Below are positions 14,403 to 24,744 of a stretch of DNA of 64,000 bases, piece by piece; within the stretch, counting starts at the first letter, position 1, and the number at the start of each line of letters is the position of its first letter. Source of the stretch: Azolla caroliniana (lineage: Eukaryota > Plantae > Polypodiophyta). The notes beneath the pieces were generated by a model. That model had not been told where the DNA came from, did no database searches, and saw nothing but the letters and a program-made list of their open reading frames with translations. Both the position numbers and the translations under genes were made by a program. Location: contig JBHGNT010000008.1 of assembly GCA_043228905.1 (NCBI GenBank), positions 18,538,001 through 18,602,000 of the forward strand, in the 5' to 3' direction.

Positions 14403-14850
14403 CTCCCCCTCAAGCTCAACTTGAGGTCGGATCGTAGTGTCAGTCTCCATGGTAGCCGATCCTTACACCTGGCTCCTTCTGGCGTCACTCCGCCTCGCTC
14501 GCGCTCCTCGTCCTGTCTGGTCCTATTTGCCACAGCCCTTCTGTTCCTACACACCTCGACCTCCTCGGTCGGCTTGTCTACTCAATAGACCCAATTCAGC
14601 TCCCTCATTGCTGGGACTTCGGCTCTTGCCGATTCGCCGATTCCTTTGTGTTGGCGTCGACTTTCACTGCCTTCTCGTCCTCTTGGCCTTGAATTGATCC
14701 GGTTCTTCCGAATCCTTCTGTAGAACCGAATCGGCTGTCTCCGATTCGTTCCAGTTCTTGTCCGAATCGGTCGCTCCCGATTCGTCTTCTGGTTCCAGGC
14801 CCTTCACCACATCGGACCATGTCCGGGTCTTGGCCTTCTTCTTCCGATCG

Positions 14851-15284
14851 TGTTACCGGCCGGCAAAGGAGTCCAGAGTGGGAAACGGAGAGCTAATTAA
14901 GTAGTAGGAATGTGGTTGTAATTAAGCTATGAGTGTGGACGGATGGACCGGAAACGGTATGCCGTTCCGGATCCGGACCGATCCCGAACAGGTGCGGATG
15001 GCACCGTTTTGTAATACAGACCGGAAACCTATTTAAAGGCCCGGATACAATGTAATAGTTAGCGGTTAATTAATGAAAGCTTAAGCGTTGTTATCTCTCT
15101 GTGTTAATTGCCGTTCTATCTTAATTGTTATATCTTACACGTGTTATGAAAGACGATCCTAATAAGTAACTTAATTAAGTCGGATTAAGCGTTGAAGTCT
15201 AATCCGGTTGCCGTAACACCCTTTGGTGAAGTGTCTCCCGTAGACACCCTGTGTTAGGCCATTGTCCGGCCCGAAGAGTTAACA
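14851..15284 (+). repeat. 5' LTR of gypsy B
   Basis: TGTTACC...GTTAACA, with a TATA-like CCTATTTAAAG at ~15028. Confidence 0.95.
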
Positions 15285-15291
15285 CAGTTTT

Positions 15292-15301
15292 TGGCGACCA
15301 C
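15292..15301 (+). promoter_or_regulatory. Primer-binding site, tRNA-Arg(UCG)-like (TGGCGACCAC)
   Basis: Lies 7 nt downstream of the 5' LTR. It is a 10-nt complement of the recalled plant tRNA-Arg(UCG) 3' end ...GTGGTCGCCA. Confidence 0.7.
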
Positions 15302-15337
15302 GATTCCTGTTTTTGCAGCGAACGACGGCACAGATGG

Positions 15338-18300
15338 ATGTCTAGATCAACGCACGACCTGGTTACAGATCGAACTCGACGCCTTGCCGAAAGGCAAAGG
15401 AGACGCGAGGCTTTCCAGCAAGCGGCGTAGGAAATTAGAGCGGATCGCTTGTTTTCCAACGTAATCCGGAGAGTAGCGGAGGACTCCCTCTGGTTACAGC
15501 AAACATCGCACCCGGATGACGGCAGCAGCCTAAGCAGCCTCCGGGAAACCGAATCCCTTCTCCACGCGTTGGCAAACGGAGAAGGCGAAGCAAAAGCCTT
15601 TTCAGCATATGAATCGGACTCTGAAGGGGAATACAACGTGCACATGAACTACCGTAGCAGCAACGAAACCCCGGGCGGACCTGAGGACGAAGGATCGGAT
15701 ACTTTACCGACACCGGAACCGGAAGTGCTAACGCTGGAACCCCCAGAACCAGCAGAGGAAGAACGACCTCCGACACCGGAAGTCGAAGAGGAGAGGCCTC
15801 CGTCACCAAAGGAAGAGAAACAACCGACACCGGAATCAAATCGGGAAAAACCACCGACACCGGAGAAAATTCCAGAACGAGCACCAACACTACCAGCCCG
15901 CGCACCGATACCGGACGACGACATGCCGTTCCAGTACTCCAAGTATAGAGATGATCCGGACGCGGAAGCTCATGTGCACGCCTTTGAACAGACATGGGAA
16001 GCCAACCATGTGTCCCAGCGATTGACCCCGGAGGAAGAAGAACGCTCTAAGATAGCGGAATTTGGCGTCACATTGGAGGGACCGACAGCAAGATGGCGCC
16101 GGACGCAGGACCCGTCTACCATCAACACCTTTGCAGATTTAAAAGCTAAATTCTTGCATTTTTTTCAAAAGGAGGTGGACCAGACCGTAATGGTAGGCTT
16201 ATTTTATACCATCCGGCAAGAGGCAGGGGAGAGCATTCCCCAATTTGTCATCCGGTTTCAACGGATGCATAGTCAGCTTGCGCGCGCACCCCCGGAGGAG
16301 GAATTACGGACGATATTCCTAAACGCGCTTCGGGAACCCCTACGCACGGTTTGCACGGTAATCGACTTCCGCACAAGTACCATCGACCAGGTCATTGACC
16401 GGGTGAGAGAGATGGAAAAGACAAGCTCCTGGCTCACACTGGGCGCACTTCAACGGGCGTTACCGTCCGATGAAGACCTCTGGTTTCGGCAAGCAATACA
16501 GTGCACAACCTGCTTGAATTCCGGACACTCGGCTCTAGAATGCACTATGAGGACGCAATGTGTAATCTGTCAATCCAAGAGCCATACGACGGATAGGTGC
16601 GAGTATAATCTGTTGAATCGGCAAGCACCGCCCGTCCGACAAATTGAGCCACGCAGCAGCCGGGATGAAGAAGACGAACGCTGGCGGCGAATGGACCGTG
16701 ACCGACCGGCACAGGATGTCCGGTATGGCGAGCGACGGGAAAATGATGTCCGGTATGGCGATCGACGGGAAAATGATGTCCGATACGGTGATCGGAGGGA
16801 TAACTATGACCGGCATGATCGGTACCAGGATTACAATAGACGATACGAACAGTAAGACCGGGAGCACTCCCCCGGATATCGTCAACAACGGGAGGAATAC
16901 GGCAGATATAACGGGCAACCCTGTCAAGAGTACCGTAATAAGAAGAGCTATAACAAAAAATGGCATTTTAAAAAAGGCGGCTACCCCTGGGATCCAGAAC
17001 AAGGAGCTCCAAGTAGCCAACCGGAACAAAACCCCGCGCGTACCGTAGGACCTGCCCCGGGTACAACAGACAATGCCGAATCTAGCAATACCCGGAAGGC
17101 CTACTGCTACTACTGCCGATAGGAAGGCCATTATAGTAACCAATGCCCGGTGAAGAGCTATGAAAAACGACCGGCGGTAAATATGGTAGTCCCTGAGGTG
17201 GCAGACCTGCAACAGGTGACCACAAGGTCGAAGGGCATGGCCAAAGAATGGGAGACACAGGAGACCATCCGGAAACAAGCAACGGAATGGGTAAAGAAAG
17301 CAAACGAGCAGAATGTCACAGACTTACAACAGCAAAAGGAGAACACCGCAGGGCTTGCTGACGGCAGTCACTCCGAGAACGAGACATGGCAGGCGTTGCA
17401 AGAATGCCAGATTACATTACCACTAGGAAGACTCCTACAACTCGTGCCAAGATTCACGGAAGGACTGAAGACGGCCATGATGACAGGAGAACCATCACCG
17501 GCACCGGTACTCTTCTCGAATCCGGAGGAGGGACCAACAGTGGTAGACACCAACAGTCCGGTAATCACTGCCATTGTAAAAGGGAAAGAACTCCCCAACA
17601 CAGTTATAGACGGAGGCTCTGGGGTAAATGTAATAAGCCTCCGGACGTGTGATGACCTAGGAATCCACGAGTGGGAGCCGTGTCCGTTTTGGTTGTGGAT
17701 GGCCGATACAAGCTCAGTGCGGCCGACAGGATTAATACGGAAATTAGAAGTCACCGTCGGTGGGCATACATTTCACATCTCGGCCGTAGTGCTACAATTA
17801 CAGGCACAAGGTGCATACCTGCTATTGCTGGGGCGGCCATGGTTGAAAACGGCACATATCAAACAGAATTGGCGAAAAAATATAATTACCTTCCGGCGAG
17901 GAAAAGCCAAGGTACGGGTACCAACACAGCCAAGGACGAGCACTGGCAAGGAATGTACACCGTTGTATGCGGAATGCGTCAACATGCTAGAAGGGTTAGC
18001 GAACGAAGAAGAAGCTCAATACCTGCAGGAAAACCCGAAGATCATACCCCTCTTCGAAATTGACATTGCCGAAGCCGTAGCACCATACTTACCGCAACCG
18101 GAAGAGGCGGAAGCAGAACCGGATAAAGACGCAATCCGGGAGTTACAGCAAGCGCAGGAAGCGTTGGAACGGGAAATGGCCGTTTCACAACGCGTAAAAG
18201 CATCGCAACTGGAAGAGGTGAATTTAGGCACCACGGACGAAGCAAAACCGGTGCACATCGCCAAGGAGATGAAGTCCGGAGACAAAACGGCGATGATAAC

Positions 18301-21136
18301 ACTTCTCACGGAATTTCGCGACGTATTCGCCTGGTCATACGAAGACATGCGAGGACTCGACCCTTAGTTATACCAACATCAAGTGCACTTGAGCAAGGAC
18401 GCAAAACCTGTGGCACAAAGACGGTACCAGATGAATCCCAATTATGCCGCCAAGGTCAAGGAAGAAATCGACAAACTGCTAAGAGTTGGCTTTATCCGTC
18501 CGGTAAAGAAAGCGACATGGCTGAGCCCGATCGTAGTCGTACCGAAGAAGAATGGGAAAATTCGAGTTTGCGTGGACTACCGGAAACTCAATGCGGCTAC
18601 GGTAACGGATGCGTTTCCACTTCCGTTCACAGATGGAGTGTTGGATGCCGTCGCCGGCCATGAGGTCTATAGCTTCTTAGACAGATTCAGCGGGTATAAT
18701 CAGATCCGGATGCACCCCGACGACCAAGAGAAAACGACATTCGTCACCGAATGGGGGGTCTTTGTGGCCGTGGTAATGATGTTCGGACTCAAAACGGCAC
18801 CGGCAACATTTCAACGAATCATCATGGAAATCTTTGGTGAATATATACCGGCTTTTATGCAGGTTTTCCTTGATGATTTCGCCGTTTATAGCCGGGAGGA
18901 GGACCATTTTCAGCACCTCCGTCTTTGTCTAGAAAAGTGTAGAGCGTACCGGCTAAGCTTGAATCCGGCAAAGTGTGTATTTGGCGTTTCCAGTGGAACT
19001 TTATTAGGACATATTGTGAGCCAGGAAGGTATTGCAATCGACCCGGACAAAGTGAAAGCCATATTAGAAGCACCGGCGCCGGCAACGGCAAAGGCATTAA
19101 GCCGGTTCTTAGGCCAGATCCGGTGGCACAGCCGGATGCTCCGATACTTGGCTGACCTGGCTACACCGTTGCATGCCGCCGTACATCAGACACCATTCCA
19201 GTGGACCGACACTGAGGATAGGGCATATAAGGCCCTCAAGGTACTATTGTCGCAGGCACCGGTAGTACAACCTCCGGATTGGAGTAAAAAATTTCATGTG
19301 TTCGTGGATGCCTCCGACATCGCAATCGGAAGCGTACTTATGCAGCTTACGGAGCCAAAGTGGTACCGGCCAGTGTACTATGCCAGCCGAAAGCTATCCC
19401 AAGCAGAACGAAACTACTCTACCACGGAACGGGAAGCTCTAGGGATGATCTACAGTGTGACAAAGTTTCGGCACTATTTATTGGGAAGGAAGTTTTCCTT
19501 CCATGTAGATCATTCGACACTCCTTTACTTGGTGTCCAAGGCGTCACTCACCGGCAAATTGGCCCGGTGGACCTTATTGTTACAGGAGTTTGAGTTTGAA
19601 ATATTCCACCGACCCGGTATACAGCATGCCGTAGCGGATTACTTAAGCCGATTGGAGTCTGGAGAGACGGGTGACGGAGTACTGGATGAGTTTCCGGATG
19701 CGGAGCTGTTTCGAGTCACTACGGAGACGGCAACAGATGAGACGGTGGCCCAGGAAGACAAGTGGCTCACAAATATGCACCAATTTCTGAGCACAAGACT
19801 GCCTCCGGAAGAGCTGAACCGGGACGAATGGAAACGCCTGGCGATGCAAAGCCGACATTTCTGCTTACTGCAAGACACACTGTACCACAAGGGCGCGGAC
19901 GGCATATGGAGACGGGCGGTGCGCAACGATGAAAAGGAACTGATACTGAGGGAAGCCCACTGCGGAGTTGCCGGAGGTCACTATGCCGGAGATGCGCCGG
20001 CCAGAAAAATATGGCAAAGTGGCCTATGGTGGCCAACGACATTAAGAGATGCGGTACGGTACGCAAAAGAATGTGACCTATGCCAGAGAATGGGCTAGCC
20101 AACGGAGCAGGCTCGTATGCCACACCAGCCGGTACTACCACTCGAGCCATTCCAAAAGTGGGGGCTGGACTTTGTAGGACTGTTCAAGCCACTGGCAATG
20201 AGAACGGGTAATCGGTACGTTATCGTTGCTACGGATTACTGCACGAAATGGGTGGAGGCCAAAGCTTTATAGGATAACACCGCTGCGTCAACGGCAAAGT
20301 TTCTATATGAGTACATCTGGTGCCATTACGGATGCCCCATTGAATTGATAAGTGACCAAGGGGGGCACTTTCTCGGACAAGTAGTGGAAAGCCTAACGAC
20401 CTTCTATGCCGTGGTCCACAAACGAAGCACACCTTACTATCCACAGGCGAACGGATTAGCGGAATCAACAAACAAGACGCTCCAGAATATCCTTCGGAAG
20501 ATCGTCAACGAGAACCGGACGGATTGGGACACAAATCTACATAGCGCGCTTTGGGCATACCGGACAACATACAAAACGAGCATCCGAACAACACCGTTCC
20601 GGTTGGCGTTCGGACTCGAGGCGGTCATGCTGGTAGAATTCCAAGTACCTAGCTTACGGATCCAGCTATGAGAACGGCTGAACGAGAAGGAGTCGGAGAC
20701 AATAAGGTTGACAACGCTGTTTGAGCTCGAGGAACAACGGTTGGCCAGCATCCTACATTTAGAATTGGAGCAACGGCGACGGAAAGGATTCGTCGACCGG
20801 CACAGGAAAGGTAACGAAAAAATGTTCGCAATCGGCAAACCGGTGTTAGTATTCCAAACCCGGATGGGCAAGATGCCGGGTAAACTAAGGTTTAGATGGA
20901 CCGGACCGTATTGGCTAACACGGGAGTATAATGGGTCCTACCAGTTAGGGACACTTGCCGGCGAAGTGCTAGGCAAATGGGTCAACGGATTCCAGTTAAA
21001 GGCATATAGAGGACCGATGCCTAAGAACCCGTTTGAGCAAAGGACCGATGGCAATCACCAAGACGGCAGAGACGGCAAGCCGGGAACCGGAGAGAATGAG
21101 GCCGGTAAGGGTCCGAGAGGACCAACGGACAAGTGA
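15338..21136 (+). pseudogene. gag-pol polyprotein of gypsy B (~1930 codons, one frame, several premature stops)
   Basis: ORF pieces 15449, 17150, 18383, 20345 and 20708 are all in the same frame, starting at ATG 15338. Features: three CCHC knuckles; protease VIDGGSGVN; RT FGLKTAPATFQ and FLDD; RNase H VDASD/EREAL/VDH/ADYLSR; integrase HHCC and WGLDFVG...SDQG...AESTNK; C-terminal WTGPY. Confidence 0.93.
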
Positions 21137-21290
21137 CGTCACACTAATAATAATAATAACTAAAAAAAAAAAAAAAAAAGCAATCATGCAAAAGCGAGAA
21201 ATGAATGAATGAAAGAGCATGGAGCGAAAAGGTACGTAGTGGGCATTTAAAGCGCCACCACAGGACATAATGCTATTTTAAGTACGCGAC

Positions 21291-24154
21291 ATGCACAAAC
21301 TCGAAAAAGGCGCCAGAATGCACAGACAAAAACCATTGCGCGTAGAGACCCTCTACTTTCGCGAACCCAGGAGCACAGAAACACCAAGACGTTGCAAGAT
21401 CATCAGACAAGAACCTGCGCACAGAGAACCCCCGCCTTCTGAACTCTCTCTTTCTCAACCCCACTCTCATCACCATCCATCCTCGCCACCGCAATCTGAC
21501 CCCGACGTAGAGATGGACCTGCAAATGCTGTCAGAAGCCGCCAAGACATGGCTGAAGCAACACGGGCTCGAGGGCTTCTTGATGATGATGGAAGTACCGC
21601 CACACAAAGAAACCGACAAAGTGATCAAGGAAATCGATACAGAGGTCATAACGACAGAGGCGATTCGAGCGTTAACAGGCCTTCCGGAGGGAGGCATACT
21701 CACGATCGACAAACCAACCCCGGAGCAACTCATCAGGTATTTTGGTGAGTACTCTCTAGCCAGCAAGGGCTACCGGACACAGGGCGGCGAAGATATGCTG
21801 TTCCGCGAAATTGCTCGTGTGCTCCATGAATACGGCCACGTGTACCCTAGACCCCATGTCATGCCGCAGAACCGGGCAGGGATGATCATCGCCACCTATG
21901 AAGGGATCAAGGTGGATTGGCCGGTATTGATGGCAGACGGGTTGTGTGAGGCGATCGAGATCGTCAGAGGCAAAGACGGCAAAGAAGGCCGAGACGGACG
22001 AAGGATATGGCACGCCGTAACGCAGTGGCTCACCTTGCTGGTGCCACCCATTCAGACCATCCAACCCAAGAAGCGAGGAAGAGTGCCGGACGGCACCCCA
22101 AGGACGGCTTCCAAACGGCAACAACTGTTGGCCTTTAAGGCCACTAAGGGAAAGGCGGCGGATGTAGAACAGGCGGCAGCAGGAAGCGGCAGCCGGAAGC
22201 GCCCAACGGAGGCGCAGGAGGAACCACCGGCACGGCCCGTAAAGGTACACTCCGCTGACCGGTGAATCGAGAAGCGGACCCCTTGGCGGCAAAACTCAAT
22301 GCCGGAGCTCAGGAGGAGGAAATAGAGGAGGAGCCTACGGAGCACCTCCCGCGACAATCGTCGGCAAGGACCGTTGAGACAGCCGGGAAACGTTCGGACC
22401 CTCAGACGGAGGGAACACCGACTCCCCATACTGAGACTCCCACGCCAAGGAAGGAACCGGAACCGGAAACAAAAGCCCCGGCACCACCGGCAACACCGGC
22501 GAGTCCCATCCCACCAGAGCCGGAAAGGTCAATGCAGCCCTCGGTCAGCCAAGAAGGAGCGCAAGGGGAACTAGGACAAAAGGATGGTCCATGGGTAGAA
22601 ACGGAACTGCAACTCGACGCAACCAGGAGGGACCACCCCTCTACAAGTGAGCCCATCTGTCAAACCTCCGTGCAAGCACAACAAGGCACCGGTAGCCTGT
22701 GGCTCCGGTGGATAGGCGAACAGATAGCCGGAGCAGTGGGGTATATAGAGGCGGAAGAAAGAGTGCAAAGCGAACGGTTGCTCGTCACAACCGAACAACT
22801 AGAGACGGCCCGGTCCAGAATCCGGTGCCTTGAAAAAGACTTGGATCAGGTCACGACAGAGATGGCCAAAATACGGATCCAATCACCGGTGACTCCGGTA
22901 AGTGTATAGAATAAAGAAACGGAACGACCTGTACATAGCAATAAGACCCCGGCAACGGAAACCATTCCGGCGAGAGATGCGGCGCAAGCTCAGGAGCTTG
23001 CGGAATTGAGAGAGGAACTTGCCGCACAAGAAGCGCTAAGGAGCCGTGAACGAGAATTGAAGATGGCGGCCGAAGCCGAATTAAAGAAGACTGCTGAGAA
23101 CCTCCGCCGGGCAGAGGAGAGCCTCCGGAAAGGCCATCAAGCGTACGACCGGCTAAAGGAGGAGAAAGACAAAGAGCTGCAGGAAAAGGACAAGCTGCGG
23201 AAAACGGCGGAAACAGAGATTGAACGGCTAAAGGAAGAGCTCCGCCAACAGAAGGACCGCGAGGACCGGGCCCGTCGTTAGATCAACGCACGGTTCAAGC
23301 AAAAGACGGATGATTTTGAGCACCTGCACCGGAACTACAAACGGTTGGAAACGAAGCATAAAGAACGGATGGCTGAGCTCCAGCTGGCAGTTGACCGGGC
23401 CGCGACGGCGATCGCCGACGAACGGGCGGAAAATACAAGACGCTTGGACGAGGCGGAGAAGGTCCGGATGGAACTCCAGAGGCAGCAGCAGGAAGACAAA
23501 GAGAGAGCGTCAACAGTATTGTAGAAATTACAAAGCACATATCAAAGGCAATTGGCGCAGGCGGAGGACAACGTCAAAATCATCAAACAACTGAAGGAGG
23601 AACGACAAGCGGCGGAAACCAAATCGCAATTGGGAACGAGCCGGATTCAGTCCATCCTCCGGGCATGGCTGAATCAGACAAAACACTTGATTGATGAAAG
23701 CTCCGTAAAATGGTGGACAAAGTGGGCACAAAACGCGACGGAACTCCAGTTGCTACGGGAGGATGTGGCAAACCGGCGGAAGGAAGGAGATGACTGTTAT
23801 ACGTTGACTTCCGAGGGCTTCACCGCCATACGGGATGAGCTGGCCGACGACTTCCAAGTCCTGGCAGATGAACAGCTGGCGCAGGTCAGGCAGCTCGTAG
23901 CTCAGCTGGACGATGATAGGCTAGACGATCAAATCCAGTTTGAAAGCTACGAGTGGTCCTGGGTACGGGAAGAAAAAGCACGGGAAGCGGCAACGGTTAA
24001 CCTTAGTGATGAGGAACCGTCGCCGGCTGAGGGCCAGCCGGGAACCAGTCAACCGGAGACCACTACGACGCAGGGAGCAACGATGGAGACGCCGGTGTCG
24101 GAGCCACAATCGGAGGAGCAGCCGCAACAACCACCAACGGACCCGCCGCAGTAG
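21291..24154 (+). pseudogene. Extra 3' ORF of gypsy B: globular N-terminal domain, Pro/Glu-rich linker and long coiled coil
   Basis: ORF 21291-22265 is followed by one frameshift. Pieces 22262, 23006 and 23552 share one frame and are separated only by TAG codons. The region 23000-23600 is E/K/R/Q-rich and heptad-like. Confidence 0.75.
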
Positions 24155-24291
24155 ACTGCAACAAAGCAACAACAACAACAACAACAACAACCACTTCCAG
24201 ATGAACCATTGGAGCCTCTCGAACAAAGCATTCTGGACATTTTGGACTAAGAATAGCAAGGGTCGGTTGTAGATTCGACGTACAAGGTACT

Positions 24292-24308
24292 GTCCCACGG
24301 GCGTGCCA
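24292..24308 (-). promoter_or_regulatory. Inverted PBS-like site (minus strand TGGCACGCCCGTGGGAC), tRNA-Arg(UCU)-type, at the PPT position
   Basis: The plus strand reads GTCCCACGGGCGTGCCA-TG-[3' LTR], equal to the recalled tRNA-Arg(UCU) 3' end ...CCCACCGGGCGTGCCA with a 1-nt gap. No purine tract is present upstream of the 3' LTR. Confidence 0.75.
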
Positions 24309-24310
24309 TG

Positions 24311-24744
24311 TGTTACCGGCCGGCAAAGGAGTCCAGAGTGGGAAACGGAGAGCTAATTAAGTAGTAGGAATGTGGTTGTAATTAAGCTATGAGTGTGGAC
24401 GAACGGACCGGAAACGGTATGCCGTTCCGGATCCGGACCGATCCCGAACAGGTGCAGATGGCACCGTTTTGTAATACAGATCGGAAACCTATTTAAAGGC
24501 CCGGATACAATGTAATAGTTAGCGGTTAATTAATGAAAGCTTAAGCGTTGTTATCTCTCTGTGTTAATTGCCGTTCTGTCTTAATTGTTATATCTTACAC
24601 GTGTTATGAAAGACGATCCTAATAAGTAACTTAATTAAGTCGGATTATGCGTTGAAGTCTAATCCGGTTGCCGTAACACCCTTTGGTGAAGTGTCTCCCG
24701 TAGACACCCTGTGTTAGGCCATTGTCCGGCCCGAAGAGTTAACA
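24311..24744 (+). repeat. 3' LTR of gypsy B
   Basis: Near-identical to 14851-15284. Confidence 0.95.

Larger units (their letters stand above)
14851..24744 (+). mobile_element. Young non-chromovirus Ty3/gypsy LTR retrotransposon B with an extra 3' ORF, two opposed tRNA-type PBS and no PPT
   Basis: 434-bp LTRs (14851-15284 and 24311-24744) with about 6 mismatches. 4-bp TSD ATCG/GTCG. Single-frame gag-PR-RT-RH-INT, with no chromodomain or extra RNase H seen. Confidence 0.95.

Noticed and set aside
15199-24326. Many antisense and alternative-frame ORFs over gypsy B and other GC-rich elements
   Set aside because: These are shadow ORFs of GC-rich coding sequence with no domain motifs.
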